DNA of 63,738 nt, filler included. It is 5 parts of 5 records of this genome, joined end to end, with 100 filler letters (N's around TTAATTAATTAA, not from the genome) between each part and the next. Parts side by side here need not be neighbours in the genome. Positions count along the whole stretch, not along the records: positions 33,641 to 58,106 come from SRR2962707_4691; positions 58,207 to 63,738 come from SRR2962707_4750; 3 more parts are not named here. The stretch is one strand, 5' to 3'. The number at the start of each line of letters is the position of its first letter. The stretch's first letter is position 1. Below, one piece after another: positions 49,466 through 61,300 of this stretch. A program made the position numbers and the translations under genes. The notes under the pieces were generated by a model. That model saw nothing but the letters and a program-made list of their open reading frames with translations, searched no databases and had not been told where the DNA came from.

Positions 49466-50227
49466 CTACGCAATAATTCCAAGACGAATGGCCTTGGCGA
49501 TCGCCTGAATGCGATTGACGGCGTTCAGCTTCGTGGTGGCGGATCCGAGATAGGCATTTACGGTGTGGACCGACAGATTGAGTTGCTCGCCGATTGCTTC
49601 ACTCTTCATGCCGTTGCCGACAAGCTGAAGGCATTCGATTTCACGATCATTGAGGTTCTCTGCGCCGGCTGAGATGCCGAATGCCAATCGCAGCTTTTCC
49701 CGCAACACGGTCAGTGACTTCCGGTGCAGATCGATCAGAAGATCATTGTTCAGCACCGCACCGGCATTGAAAAACAACACAAAACCATTCCCCATCGTGC
49801 CCAATTGCACAGGGAACGCCAAATGGGTGGCATCATCGGGCCCGGTATGAACGACAAGTGCCGGCGACGTATCGAAAGCCTTCGCGTCCTTGGGATTGAA
49901 AACAATCGGAGCAGGAGACGAATAGATGTGTTTGAGCAGGAATTCTGCATTATCCAGGAGGAATTTGTTGACCAGGGCCTGAGAACCCGAGCTCTGCATT
50001 GCGCACTCGATCTGGCCCGGCTTGAGCAGAGTGTGAGCCTGAATCGACAATAGCGCGAAGTCCCTGCTGCCACACAGTCGCTGCATAGTGACCAGTTTGG
50101 GGAAAAGATCAGCCGTCGAAGCGGCATTGGCGATCGCATCACCATTCGAACGTTCCGATGCCCGTTCCTGGGTATTCTGGGCGTCCTGAGGTGCTCCGAA
50201 ATCCGTCAAAGTGCTTCCTTTGGTCAT
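49466..50227 (-). CDS. visR: LuxR-type flagellar master regulator subunit VisR
   Basis: C-terminal LuxR HTH 'REIECLQ..LSVHTVNAYL..KLNAVNRIQAIAKAIRLG'; second gene of the tandem pair after fliF. Confidence 0.85.
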   Translation of the reverse strand: MTKGSTLTDFGAPQDAQNTQERASERSNGDAIANAASTADLFPKLVTMQRLCGSRDFALLSIQAHTLLKPGQIECAMQSSGSQALVNKFLLDNAEFLLKHIYSSPAPIVFNPKDAKAFDTSPALVVHTGPDDATHLAFPVQLGTMGNGFVLFFNAGAVLNNDLLIDLHRKSLTVLREKLRLAFGISAGAENLNDREIECLQLVGNGMKSEAIGEQLNLSVHTVNAYLGSATTKLNAVNRIQAIAKAIRLGIIA

Positions 50228-50895
50228 ATTATGCGTTGGCGTACGGCGAATGCAACTGCTTCGGAACGTGTTTTCGCGCCGGTCTTGTTCATAATACTGG
50301 TGATGTAGTTGTTCACGGTGTTGCGGGATATGCCAATGATCAGCGCAATCTCATCACTGGTTTTGCCCTCGCCAATCCAAGACAAGCACTCCACTTCGCG
50401 GACCGTCAGATCCGAAAGCGTATTGTTGTTGGAGACAATCTCAGGGTAATGCGACGTGTAGTAGGCTGTGGCCAGAGCCACATCACGCAAGCGGTCATGG
50501 GAGAGAGAGGCATCCTTGCTGAACAAAAGCCCCAACAGCATGCGGGCCTGGCCTGCATTGAAAGGTATCAGACACATCCTCGGCGCGTAGTCGCTGAAAA
50601 GATCGTCGGATGCGTCGATATCCTGAAAGGACGGCTCGAACGCCTGAAGACAACGACGGACCTCGCTGGTCCGAGCCTCACTATCAACCAGAGATGCACC
50701 AAACTTGCGCACCAAGTTGAAAGGCCAGTTCGACGTTACGATGAAATCGTGATGACGGTCAGAATACAAATCTGTTCGGGCAAGAAGGTAAGATCGCGCA
50801 CCTGCGTAGGCGCAGATGAGATCCATTCCACCGGTCAGATGCCCACAGGTCCGCTGCGCTTCCAAATCATGGAGAAACGAACCACGTACGTTCAT
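50224..50895 (-). CDS. visN: LuxR-type flagellar master regulator subunit VisN
   Basis: FIVTSNWPF; HTH 'REVECLSWIGEGKTSDEIA..ISRNTVNNYITSIMNKT'. Confidence 0.85.
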   Translation of the reverse strand: MNVRGSFLHDLEAQRTCGHLTGGMDLICAYAGARSYLLARTDLYSDRHHDFIVTSNWPFNLVRKFGASLVDSEARTSEVRRCLQAFEPSFQDIDASDDLFSDYAPRMCLIPFNAGQARMLLGLLFSKDASLSHDRLRDVALATAYYTSHYPEIVSNNNTLSDLTVREVECLSWIGEGKTSDEIALIIGISRNTVNNYITSIMNKTGAKTRSEAVAFAVRQRII

Positions 50896-51521
50896 CAGAC
50901 CCCCTCACCTCGTCTTGTGCACATACACCGCCCAGCGCACATACAAACCACTTCATGGTCCGGGGATGTCGGCATCCTTACACGACTCGATACCGATTGC
51001 CCCACACGCGGGACCAAACCGCCACCTATTGTTCCGACGCCAGGAGATTCAACGAATCACCTCCCCGCATTTCCAGTCTGCCTAAGTTCAACCCGAGAAA
51101 ACATAACCATATCTAGGACTGGACAGGCTCGCTGTTGTCTGAGTCAGTTTACTCGAATTTTAGAGGTTTGCACGAGCTTTCAACGAATCGTGCCGTTTAA
51201 TCTGTGAGAACAGGGATTCAATACCGTATTCACGGACAGAAACACCCGCATCGGCGCCGCATGGCCCAAAGCCGGCAACTTCAGAACAAGCCTGTAGATC
51301 CTGGAAAGACGAACTGAGGATTGGAATTTGGCGGCAAGAACCCATGGTTTCGCAAATTCAAAGAGTTGCGAAATCGCTTCTGCAACCACTGGAACCGCTG
51401 CGCTATGGAGATGAATTGCAACGCCCACAACACAAGGGGGCCAGAATGCTGCCGGATGATCCCGACAGGGATTATCTTGTGTGGTACCTGACCAGCGTAG
51501 CCCAAGGTGAACGGGTGCTGT

Positions 51522-53204
51522 TTATGCCGCTTCGCTTGAGGCCCAGCTTCTGAGGATTTTGGCAGCCCGCTCTTCGTTGATCTCGACCATCCGTGCGAGA
51601 CGACGTTCCGGCCCTTCCTTGACCCGGCGGTTGAACGAACCGGTATCCTCGACATCCATGTCGGATTCGCTTTCTTCGCCAAATCCGAAGTCAGCACCGA
51701 AGCCCTCCATTGCCATGGAATTTCCACCGCCGCCCATGGCTCCAGGTGAGAAGTCCGGCAATTCGAGTTCATCATCGAGCCCAAGTTCTTCCTGGGAGGA
51801 AGCACCGGCCGAGCCGCGCATCAGTGGACGGAAGCCGAACATGATCAGGAGGACCGCGACCGTGACAAAGGCCAAAGCATTGATGATCGTGCCGAGCTGG
51901 GTTTTCAGCGTATCCAAGAGGCCCGGCTGAGCCGCATCAGCAGTCAGGATCTCGCTTGCCAGGAACTCCATGACCGTGACGGTTGCCCGGTCACCGCGCT
52001 CTGCGTCAATGCCTGAGGCAGAAGCAACAACCTGCTCGAGTTCGGCGAGATAGGCTGCCGTCTGTTCGGGTGTAGCTTCTCCGCCAAGCATGGCGTCAAT
52101 GCGAGCCTTGTTGACCACAACCGCGATCGACAGTCCCTCGACATTGTAGCTGTTGCGTACGGTCGATACCGTTTTCGAGTTGATCTCGAAATTGGTTTGT
52201 TCTTCCTTGCGCTCGGCCAGCTCACTGGACTTGGGCCCAGCGGCACCATTTGCGTCAGGTCCCTGGTCGGGAATGTTCTGCTCAACAGTGGCCGGAGTGC
52301 CGGCGGTCGATTCGCTGGAAGTCTGGTTTTCCCGCGTTACCCGGATCGAGCGCTCGACGCGGGATTCCGGATCGTAGACGGTTTCCTGGATCTGCTGGCT
52401 GTCGGTGTTGACCTTGGCGTTGACGCTGGCCCGGAAGTTTTCAATCCCGAGGAACGGCGACAGTGCCTTTTCAATGTTGGTTTCAACCTCGGTCTGAACC
52501 ATCTGCACAATCGAGAGCGAACGGTTGAGGTTGGAATTGGAAAAATCGTCTCCGGCGGCGAGCAGTTTGCCTGTCGCATCAAGCACGGTGACTTCATCGA
52601 CGGTCAGACCCGGCACCGATGAGGCGACCAGGTGCCTGATGGAATCTGCTGCACGACCGGCCAGGCTGCCGCCACGCACCATGACAGACGCGGAAGGCTT
52701 CTGATCACCACGTCGGAAATTGCCGCGATCCGGCATCACGATGTGAACCCGGGCAGCTGAAATGCCGTTGATGGACTGAATGGTGCGAGCGATTTCGCCC
52801 TCAAGTGCGCGGACCCGGGTGACTTCCTGCATGAAGCTGGTCAGTCCGAGTGAGCCGACATTGTCGAACAACTCGTAGCCGGCGCTGTTTGAAGATGGCA
52901 ATCCACGTTCCGCCAGCAGTGCCCGGGCACGGCTGGTCATGCCGGCAGGCACAGTTACGGACGATCCATCCGTACCTGTTGCGAAATCGATATTAGCTTC
53001 GGCAAGAACCAAGCTGATCTGGTTTATGTCTTCACCTGAGAGGCCAATGTAGAGGGTCTCTCGTGTTGGTTTGTTCAGGAATATGGCAGACCCGATGATC
53101 AATAGAATCGACAGGGCGCCGACCCCGACAAGAGCCAACAATTTCGTCTGACCGAGTCCGGCCAGATTCTTGGTGATTTGTGACAGCTGGTTCAACAGAC
53201 TCAT
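51522..53204 (-). CDS. fliF: MS-ring protein FliF
   Basis: GYELFD, GLTSFMQ, RALEGEIARTI, ARVHIVMP, SASV. Confidence 0.97.
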   Translation of the reverse strand: MSLLNQLSQITKNLAGLGQTKLLALVGVGALSILLIIGSAIFLNKPTRETLYIGLSGEDINQISLVLAEANIDFATGTDGSSVTVPAGMTSRARALLAERGLPSSNSAGYELFDNVGSLGLTSFMQEVTRVRALEGEIARTIQSINGISAARVHIVMPDRGNFRRGDQKPSASVMVRGGSLAGRAADSIRHLVASSVPGLTVDEVTVLDATGKLLAAGDDFSNSNLNRSLSIVQMVQTEVETNIEKALSPFLGIENFRASVNAKVNTDSQQIQETVYDPESRVERSIRVTRENQTSSESTAGTPATVEQNIPDQGPDANGAAGPKSSELAERKEEQTNFEINSKTVSTVRNSYNVEGLSIAVVVNKARIDAMLGGEATPEQTAAYLAELEQVVASASGIDAERGDRATVTVMEFLASEILTADAAQPGLLDTLKTQLGTIINALAFVTVAVLLIMFGFRPLMRGSAGASSQEELGLDDELELPDFSPGAMGGGGNSMAMEGFGADFGFGEESESDMDVEDTGSFNRRVKEGPERRLARMVEINEERAAKILRSWASSEAA

Positions 53205-53257
53205 TCTGTATCCGCGCTCAATAAAAGATGCCGGCCACATTGACCGGTATGTGCACC

Positions 53258-53281
53258 CTAGACGGCGAAACTTGCGCGAAG
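53258..53281 (-). promoter_or_regulatory. class-II flagellar promoter motif for fliF
   Basis: Minus CTTCGCGCAAG-N9-CTAG. Confidence 0.65.
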
Positions 53282-53309
53282 ATGGTCTGTTGCCAGCGAA
53301 CCCGGTTGC

Positions 53310-53702
53310 TTAGAAGAAGTCGAGGTCGCCGGATGCCTTTTGATAGAGATCGGCTGACGGCATTTCATGAATGGAGGCCATAAGGCGCCGTTTCATGTCT
53401 TCCAAGGTGATCAGATTGAGTGCCGTGGTAATGTCTATCAGATGCTCTGGCTCCAGGCGCTCGCCAACTCCATTGAGGAAATCTGCGAGTCCGTGGGTCT
53501 TTTGAACCGCCAGATCGATACCCTGCATGACACGCATGTGATCCGGAGATGCCAGAAACTCTGTGGATCGGCCATTGGACAGGAGCGGCTCGAGCCGCTC
53601 GATCAGCTGCGCGACATCCACAAGTTCCGCACTGATCCGGGTCATGACTTCACGCAACGGTTCGTTGGTGTCGCCGCCATGGTCGAAGGGCAAATGCGTC
53701 AT
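53310..53702 (-). CDS. cheT: chemotaxis protein CheT
   Basis: Last gene of the che operon; MQGIDLAVQK, C-terminal GDLDFF. Confidence 0.78.
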   Translation of the reverse strand: MTHLPFDHGGDTNEPLREVMTRISAELVDVAQLIERLEPLLSNGRSTEFLASPDHMRVMQGIDLAVQKTHGLADFLNGVGERLEPEHLIDITTALNLITLEDMKRRLMASIHEMPSADLYQKASGDLDFF

Positions 53703-53716
53703 GATGGCGGGACTCC

Positions 53717-54274
53717 TTAGAAAAACTCGATCGACGTATCCGCCGGCTTGGGTGCAATGATTTTCGGTGGCGCGGTTTCAAGTGCCACGGTTTTCTGCAT
53801 TTCTGTGCCGGTAAGGGGGTATTGCCGGGCGCGACCACTGACGGGGAAGTATTCGAGCTTGCGCCCGACATCCCCACCGGTGTTCGATCCGATCACGCGA
53901 ATGCCTTCATCACTGAGAAACTGCTGCGCAAATTCCGCGTTCTTCTCACCGACATTGGAGAAGCCTGCGATGGTCTTGGCGCCGCCGATAATCTTGGCTT
54001 CCAGCCGCTCGCGCCGCGCGCCCTTCTTCAGCAAACCGTTGATGAGCAATTCCATCAGGTGAACGCCGTAGCGAGTTGCATCGCCACCGGATGATCCATC
54101 GGCTGAGCCGGGCAAAAGGAAATGGTTCATTCCGCCGACACCCGCAACCGGATCACGCATGCAGGCAGCGACACAAGAGCCGAGGATGGTGGACAGCACC
54201 ACATCGGCTTCATCCGAAACCTTGTATTCGCCCTGGATCACGTGAACCCTTCGAAATTGAACATCTTCTGTCAT
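53717..54274 (-). CDS. cheD: chemoreceptor deamidase CheD
   Basis: [31 protein letters not shown]. Confidence 0.96.
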   Translation of the reverse strand: MTEDVQFRRVHVIQGEYKVSDEADVVLSTILGSCVAACMRDPVAGVGGMNHFLLPGSADGSSGGDATRYGVHLMELLINGLLKKGARRERLEAKIIGGAKTIAGFSNVGEKNAEFAQQFLSDEGIRVIGSNTGGDVGRKLEYFPVSGRARQYPLTGTEMQKTVALETAPPKIIAPKPADTSIEFF

Positions 54275-54660
54275 TTCAGCGATCCAAACACTGCTTCGAT
54301 CGCCGCTTTCATTTTTTCAATGGTGAACGGTTTGGCCAAAACGTTGTTTGCACCGAGTGCGGCAGCCTTCTGAACCAATGCCCGGTCACCCTGGGCAGTC
54401 AGCATGATAAATGCTGCTTTTTTGGTGGCCGGATTGGACCGGACCGCCTGGAGAAAGCCCAAGCCGTCCATTTTCGGCATATTGAAGTCCGAGATAACCA
54501 GATGGTGTGGCTGCTGGGCCATGATCTTGGCACCTTGCTCGCCATCGCCGGCCACAGTGATCTGTGTGAAACCGAGCTGCTGAAGAGCGTCACCCAGCAA
54601 GAGCCGGCTGGTCACCTGATCATCAACGATGAGAACCTTGATTTTCTGTGCAATAGACAT
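54271..54660 (-). CDS. cheY: response regulator CheY2
   Basis: [41 protein letters not shown]. Confidence 0.95.
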   Translation of the reverse strand: MSIAQKIKVLIVDDQVTSRLLLGDALQQLGFTQITVAGDGEQGAKIMAQQPHHLVISDFNMPKMDGLGFLQAVRSNPATKKAAFIMLTAQGDRALVQKAAALGANNVLAKPFTIEKMKAAIEAVFGSLK

Positions 54661-55727
54661 CATGCGACCCTATCTTTGCGAGAGGTTGTTGTTGTTGACT
54701 TGAGGATTTCTTCCCCAATCTGATTGAGTGGAAACTGGTGATCGACGGCGCCGATTTCGTGTGCGACGCGCGGCATACCATAAACCACACAGGATTTTTC
54801 ATTTTGACCGATCGTGCTGGCGCCGGCCTTTTTCATTTCGAGCAGACCCGCTGCGCCGTCTCGGCCCATGCCAGTGAGTATGACACCGACAGCTTTGCGC
54901 CCGGCCAATCTTGCGACCGACTTGAACATGACATCCACTGACGGCCGGTGCCCATTGACAGGAGCACCCTCAATCAGCATGCAGCGAGGCGCCCCTGGAT
55001 TGGAGATTTCCATGTGACGATCACCACCCGGTGCAAGATATATGCGGCCAATCTCCAGCCTGTCGCCATCTTCCGCTTCCTTTACCTGAGGCGCACACAG
55101 CCTGTTGAGGCGTTCGGCGAAGCTTTTGGTAAAGGTTGCCGGCATGTGCTGGGTAATGACGGTCGGCGGACAGTTGGCCGGAAATTTGGTCAACACTGCA
55201 ATCAATGCCTCGACGCCGCCCGTGGAAGCTCCGAGTGCGATAATCTTGCGCGCCGGCTGGTAGTCGCCGGGCGCTGCATAGGCAGGAGCCGCCACAGCTG
55301 AATGTCCGCCAGGTACCAGATCCGGCAGATGGCGCTGTGAACGCGCTGCCGCCTTTACGGTCTCGGCTAGCCCTGCGAACGGACTCGGATCACCTGGCAG
55401 GGGCTTACCGATGCAATCAAATGCTCCAATCTCGAGCGCTGCCAGGGTTGCTTCAGCGCCCCGCTGGGTCAGCGTCGAAACCATGATGACAGGCATGGGC
55501 CGAAGCTTCATGATTTTCTCAAGAAACTCGATACCATTCATGTTGGGCATCTCGATGTCTAGAGTGACCACATCCGGGTTGAGCTGTTTGATGGCGCTTC
55601 GGGCCTCCATGGCGTCAGCAGCTTCGCCAACAACCTCGATGCCCGGATCAGACCGCAACACAGCACGGATCAGGCCCCGCATCGTCGGGGAATCATCTAC
55701 AATGAGAACACGTGCTCGTGCAGTCAT
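54660..55727 (-). CDS. cheB: methylesterase CheB
   Basis: Receiver domain plus [24 protein letters not shown]. Confidence 0.97.
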   Translation of the reverse strand: MTARARVLIVDDSPTMRGLIRAVLRSDPGIEVVGEAADAMEARSAIKQLNPDVVTLDIEMPNMNGIEFLEKIMKLRPMPVIMVSTLTQRGAEATLAALEIGAFDCIGKPLPGDPSPFAGLAETVKAAARSQRHLPDLVPGGHSAVAAPAYAAPGDYQPARKIIALGASTGGVEALIAVLTKFPANCPPTVITQHMPATFTKSFAERLNRLCAPQVKEAEDGDRLEIGRIYLAPGGDRHMEISNPGAPRCMLIEGAPVNGHRPSVDVMFKSVARLAGRKAVGVILTGMGRDGAAGLLEMKKAGASTIGQNEKSCVVYGMPRVAHEIGAVDHQFPLNQIGEEILKSTTTTSRKDRVA

Positions 55728-55732
55728 GATTG

Positions 55733-56614
55733 TCAGCCCCTCCCCTTGTGGCGATAGGTGGTGATGGCAGTGTTTTCAAAGCGATCCTTGCCCTCGCCGG
55801 ACAAACGTTCCGAGTGACCGATGTAGAGATGCCCGCCAGTCGGCAGAAGATCGGCGTAGCGAACCCAGATCTTGGCCTGGGTCGGCTCATCGAAATAGAT
55901 CACCACATTGCGGCAGAAAATCACGTCGAACTGCCCCCTGAAAGGCCACTGAGCCATCAGGTTGAGTTCTTTGAAGGTGACCAACTGCTTGACCTGATCG
56001 CTGACCTGCCAGCGTTTTTCCGGCGTCTGCGAGAACCACTTGCTGCGCATTCCGGCGTCGACGGTTTCGATAGACTGGGCATCGTAGACGCCAGCCTTTG
56101 CCTGCGCGATAATCTTCGGGTCGATATCGGTGGCCAGAATCTTGAAGTCCAGGTTCGCCACGTTCGGCGCCATGGAGAGCACCGTCAGGGCGATCGAATA
56201 GGGTTCCTGGCCGTCCGAACAGGCGGAAGACCATATACGAACACGACCGCCGGCATTGGCACGGGTGAGAAGACCCGGCAGGACTTCGTTACGAAGATGT
56301 TCGAAGTGATGGTTCTCGCGGAAAAACCGCGTGAAGTTTGTTGTCAGGAAACTGAGCATCTCCCGGCGCTCTTCTGCACCAGCGGCTGAACCAACGAGGG
56401 CGCAATAGTCCCGGAAGCTGTTCAGCCCGATCTGGCGCAACCGCTTTGACAGCCGCGAATAGACCAGGGACGCCTTGGTCTCGTTGAGCGCGATACCTGC
56501 ATCGGAATAGATCATTCCGGCGATCTCGGCGAGGTCCTTGCGGGTGAGCGGATACTCTCCCTTAACAAGGCAATCATCAGGGCGTCCTGATTGGAGTATA
56601 GCAGCGGCGCTCAT
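55733..56614 (-). CDS. cheR: methyltransferase CheR
   Basis: [41 protein letters not shown]. Confidence 0.97.
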   Translation of the reverse strand: MSAAAILQSGRPDDCLVKGEYPLTRKDLAEIAGMIYSDAGIALNETKASLVYSRLSKRLRQIGLNSFRDYCALVGSAAGAEERREMLSFLTTNFTRFFRENHHFEHLRNEVLPGLLTRANAGGRVRIWSSACSDGQEPYSIALTVLSMAPNVANLDFKILATDIDPKIIAQAKAGVYDAQSIETVDAGMRSKWFSQTPEKRWQVSDQVKQLVTFKELNLMAQWPFRGQFDVIFCRNVVIYFDEPTQAKIWVRYADLLPTGGHLYIGHSERLSGEGKDRFENTAITTYRHKGRG

Positions 56615-57066
56615 GCGGCTTCACTTTCTATTGTGCCAAAAAGGGCGTTGAGTTGAAGAAAACAGATCATGCGGTCATCCATTGGGATCATTCCCCGGAT
56701 TTGGTCGCGATCCATCGTTTTGCTGACATCCGGTGCCGAATGGACATCTTCAGCTGATACAGTGAAAATGTCGGACACCAGGTCGACAAGCAAACCAACG
56801 ATCTGATTGCCGATCTGGGTGACTATGATGACGGATGCTTCGTTGGGTTCGGCAGGCGCCAATCCCAATCGCTCCGCAAGGTCCATCACAGGCAGCACCA
56901 CACCGCGAAGATTGATCACACCGCGAACATGCCCCGGTGAGTGCGGCAATATGGTTGCAGGTGTCCAACTGCGGATTTCACGCACAGACATGACTTCGAT
57001 ACAGAACTCCTGATCGCCAAGTGTGAAAGCAATCAATTCAAGCATGTCATTTCCTGAAATCCGCAT
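56611..57066 (-). CDS. cheW: coupling protein CheW
   Basis: VREIR, GVINLRG, VGLLVD. Confidence 0.95.
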   Translation of the reverse strand: MRISGNDMLELIAFTLGDQEFCIEVMSVREIRSWTPATILPHSPGHVRGVINLRGVVLPVMDLAERLGLAPAEPNEASVIIVTQIGNQIVGLLVDLVSDIFTVSAEDVHSAPDVSKTMDRDQIRGMIPMDDRMICFLQLNALFGTIESEAA

Positions 57067-57080
57067 GTTCCATCCCCTCC

Positions 57081-58106
57081 TTAACCGGTTGCCGCGAGCA
57101 TCATGTCGTGGCTGAGCGGCTGACCGCGAGAAGCGGTAACAACTGCGTCCACATCAAGGATGAGAGCCACTCGACCATCGCCCAGAATTGTTGCCGCGGC
57201 GATGCCGGGAACATTGGTGTAGTTGGCTTCGAGGCTCTTGATGACAACCTGCCGCTGGCCCTGGATGGCATCGACCATGAGCGCGCGCTGACCGCCGCCC
57301 TCGGATTCCACCAGCAGCGCCACTCCGTCGACAGGATTGGCAAGATCGGCCCGGAAGTTGAGGATGTTTCCAACATCGACCAGCGGACAGAAGGTATCGC
57401 GGATGGCGATAAGCCGCTGGGTCGGACCGAAGGAGTGAATATCGTTCTTCTCCGGCTGCAAGGTTTCGACGATCGCGGTAAGCGGCACCACCAGCGTCTG
57501 GTTGGCGACCGTGACGACCATTCCGTCCAGGACAGCCAGTGTCAGCGGCAAGCTCATGGTGAAGACAGAGCCCTTGCCAGGTTTCGAGGTGATCGAGATC
57601 CGGCCACCCAGTGCCTGGATGGAGCGCTTGACCACGTCCATGCCAACCCCACGTCCGGAAATGTCGGAAATCTTGTCCGCGGTCGAGAAACCGGGATGGA
57701 AGATCAGGTTATCGATATCCTCGTCGCTCAGATTTGCATCCGGTGCAATCAGCCCGTTCTCGATTGCCTTTGCCTTGACGCGCTCGCGATTGATGCCAGC
57801 GCCGTCGTCGGCAATCTCGATGACGATCCGTCCAGAACGGTGCTTCGCGCTCAGGCGGAGTATGCCTTCGGCGTTCTTGCCAAGCTCGGTCCGTTTCTCC
57901 GGTCTTTCCAGACCGTGATCGACGGCGTTCCGGATCATGTGGGTCAAAGGTTCGGCAATCTTGTCGATAACCGTCTTGTCGACCTCGGTGTTTTCACCTT
58001 CAGTGACCAGTCGTACCTGTTTGCCGGTCATATCCGCGATTTCGCGAACAATACGACCCATACGCTGGAACACCGGTTTGACCGGCTGGGCGCGGATGGC
58101 CATCAC
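57081..58106 (-). CDS. cheA: histidine kinase CheA, C-terminal part (5'-truncated)
   Basis: HMIRNAVDHG, DDGAG, PGFSTA, SGRGVGMDVV, P5 domain. Confidence 0.97.
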   Translation of the reverse strand: MMAIRAQPVKPVFQRMGRIVREIADMTGKQVRLVTEGENTEVDKTVIDKIAEPLTHMIRNAVDHGLERPEKRTELGKNAEGILRLSAKHRSGRIVIEIADDGAGINRERVKAKAIENGLIAPDANLSDEDIDNLIFHPGFSTADKISDISGRGVGMDVVKRSIQALGGRISITSKPGKGSVFTMSLPLTLAVLDGMVVTVANQTLVVPLTAIVETLQPEKNDIHSFGPTQRLIAIRDTFCPLVDVGNILNFRADLANPVDGVALLVESEGGGQRALMVDAIQGQRQVVIKSLEANYTNVPGIAAATILGDGRVALILDVDAVVTASRGQPLSHDMMLAATG

Positions 58107-58206
58107 NNNNNNNNNNNNNNNNNNNNNNNNNNNNNNNNNNNNNNNNNNNNTTAATTAATTAANNNNNNNNNNNNNNNNNNNNNNNNNNNNNNNNNNNNNN
58201 NNNNNN
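58107..58206. other. artificial contig spacer
   Basis: N44-TTAATTAATTAA-N44. Confidence 0.99.
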
Positions 58207-58358
58207 GTGGTTGTTGTTGTTGGTGGTGGTGGTGGTCCTGGGTCGTTGCTGGTGGGCGCCAGCGGGAAAAGCAGAAGAGTCACAGAGGCACGGAGGCCGC
58301 CCACCGCACGCACACACACGCACGACTGCATAAATTGAGATACTCTCTGTTGTCGCAG

Positions 58359-61300
58359 GATGTTGATCACTGCAGCAGCATCCACCGTGCCGTTGTGAGT
58401 GCTCCATAGATCCGCCACCGCTGAAACGCTTCAGGGAGTGCAAAGTGCCACGAAACTCGATACTTGATCGCAGAGGGTGTTGGTTGACTGCTGCTGCACA
58501 TCTCTTTGCAGCGGGTTTTTCAACCAATGGAACAGGGAATGCAGCACAGAGAGCGCAGTGCAGCGGACGAGCCGCTAAAAGTGCTCCGGTTTGGATGGCA
58601 GACTCAGCCGCCGTGCATTGGACTGCACTGTGCGCAACAGAACGACCCTGCCAAGCATGAGTTCTTCTTTATTGACATTCGGACAAGCTCTGTTGACACT
58701 GCGAATGCAGAGCAGCTGCTTGTGCAGCTACAGTATGCGTACCCTCGGCTTCTTGGTCCGAAGGTTGCTAACCGCTCACAATTGCTCCGTATCTTGAAAA
58801 AGGTGTTGGGAACGAATCTCGTGGGCACACCTGGCCACGACGCCAAGCCCGCTGGCGACAGTGACTCTGAAGAATCGAAAACAAGTGCGCCGGCCTCCCC
58901 TGCGCATTCTATTTCCCAGCAGCCAGAAAGCCTCGACGAGCAAGATGTCAGTGAAAATTTCGACGAATCTTTTGATAACGTCGAAGAGCATCTCAGTAGT
59001 GCAGACGACGAGACCCTAGGCGACAAGGTCGAAGCCTCCTCGCCGCATCCAACTGCAGCAGTGGGCGGTGCTGTGCCGACGTCGTTCACGCAAGCCGAGC
59101 TTCGGAGTTCGGGTGACGAGAACAGCGATGCGTCTGCCGAGATCCGCGAGAGAAGTGCCGGAGAACATGTTCCAGCGAACGCTGAGCCGATTGTGCAGGA
59201 ACAAACAGTTCTTTCAACGCTCAAGGACGAGGAGGTCGACAACGTGGAGTCGAGTTTCAGCGACTTTGATGGATCTGCCAGCTTCGGCAATGAAGGAGCG
59301 GCCGATGAGCCTCAGGCACCAAGTGATCAGCAAAACGAACATGGCACGGCCATGTCTGGCGCAGAAGAGGGGGAGTCAGGGGAGCAGAATCAGGAGCAGG
59401 AGGAGGCGGGCTCTGACCCTGAACCTGTAAAAGGAAAAGAGGCGTCGGAAGCTTTGCATTCCGAGCCTCGTGGGGAGCCGCAAATCGACTCCGCCAATCC
59501 TGATGACGAGGAAGCGGTTTCCAGCTTCAGTGATTTCGACGGGTCTGCAAGCTTTGATAATGGCAGCGTCGATGAGGGCGAGGGCAAGGACAGCAATTTG
59601 GGCGAAGGGGAAGTGGTGGAAGCAGTTGGTCACCCTCTTTCTACAGTGACAACAGCAACAACTGGAGCGAATGACGCAGAACCTCCAACCGCCGCTGCGC
59701 AGCCGACGAAAGTCGCCGGGGAGTTGGCGAGCGACGCCTTGACAGCGCACCCGCAGGATTCAAGAAATGACGCCAGGCAGAACAGCCCGGCCATGGACAC
59801 CACCGCCATGAGTGATCGAGACGGCTCTGCCAGTTTTGGCGACGACAGCACAGGCAGTCGACGCAGTGAAGCCTTGGCCAGTCAGGAAGCCGATGCAGAC
59901 GCCGCGAAGAGTATTGCTGGTGACCCTGCGAACCTTCCTGCGTTAGCACCGGATGCAATTGACAAGGGAGCAGATAGAGAACCACAGGCCAGCGGCGAAA
60001 ATGACGTTGCAGCTGTTTCAAGTTTCAGTGACAATGGCGGATCTGCCAGTTTTGACGACGGCAGTCATGAAGGTGACAGTGGCTCCGCGCCAGTTGTGTC
60101 CAGCGTTGCAACAGACCCTGAGAATAATCAAGCAGGTTCCCCCAAGAACCAGGACCCCATTGTGCACAGCGACCAAACCGCGGATGTGACTGCTGCAGAG
60201 TTAGCAACAGCGGCAGTTGAGAGTTTGGGCCAGAAGGAAGGCAGCAAAGGCAATGACGATGATGGCGCAGTTTCTAGTTTCAGCGATTTTGACGGCTCCG
60301 CCAGTTTTGATGACGGAAGTGTGGACGATACCACCACCGCCACTACGCACGCAGTCGAAAAGCCAACAGAAGAAGAGCAAAAGCCTGAGCGAGGTGACGC
60401 TGCGGACATGGATGCTGACGAAGCTGTAGCAGCTGCCGCAGATGCAGGTGTCGAGCCCTCCGGCTCCCTTCAAGCGGTAGGCGAAGCTGTGGGAACGACC
60501 CATGGAAGTGATGGAGAAGCAGAGGCAGCTCCGACATCTGCCGTTGCAGATAAGAACGATGATGGTAGCGACAGGAATAGCGATGCTGTTGAGGACGTGG
60601 TGTCCAGTTTTAGTGACTTCGATGGATCTGCTAGTTTCGACGACGGTAGTATGGATGATGCAGCTCAGAAAAGAACAGCTGCCGAAGAATTGGCAGAAGC
60701 AGAGGCAGCAAAGGCCGAAGCAGAAGCATCCGCCGCTGAAAAGCGTGCAGCAGAGGCAGAGCGCCGTGCTGAGGAAGAGCGTGTGGCGGCTGAGAAGGAG
60801 GCCGAGGCAGCGGCAGCAGCAAAGGCTGAGGCGGCACAAGCGGCAGCACGCACTGAAGAGCAACTCTCCCAAGCCGACGATGCTGGGGGTGACGGCGACA
60901 ACGATGCTGACGTGGTTTCCAGTTTCAGCGACTTTGACGGCTCTGCCAGTTTTGGAGACGATAGCATCGGCGACGCTGGTCAAGAGAAAGGTGACGCTGA
61001 AGGGCGTCAGGAAGATGCGAAGGCAGCTGCTGACAGTGGAGAAAATGCGCCAAAGAGCCCACAGTTAGAACCGCAACAACCGGAAGATTCGCAAGCACCA
61101 ACGGCATCTGCTGCTGGGGAGGTGTTCGAAACGGGTGAGGCGGACAACCAGGATCAAGCAGCTGGAACGCCAGCTGGCGCGGACGTCGGCAGTGCCAAAG
61201 TGCTGGAAGCTGACGATGTGGATGAAGTGTCCAGCTTTAGCGATTTTGACGCCTCGGCCAGTATTGATGATGCTAGCGTTGATGCCGCTGGAAACCCCGA

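Noticed and set aside
51344-51553. Small ORFs in the fliF-visN gap
   Set aside because: No recognisable motif or convincing translation signal; cannot be supported from sequence alone.
18647-58206. Regularly recurring TTAATTAATTAA palindromes, and apparent bacteria-eukaryote gene transfer across them
   Set aside because: They are embedded in N-runs of fixed length and are assembly linkers, so junctions are artificial.
59250-61270. Repeats of ~36-50 nt with unique spacers, superficially CRISPR-like
   Set aside because: Spacers are 200-300 nt, repeats vary at synonymous positions and stay in frame in one ORF, and no cas genes are present. This is a protein motif repeat.
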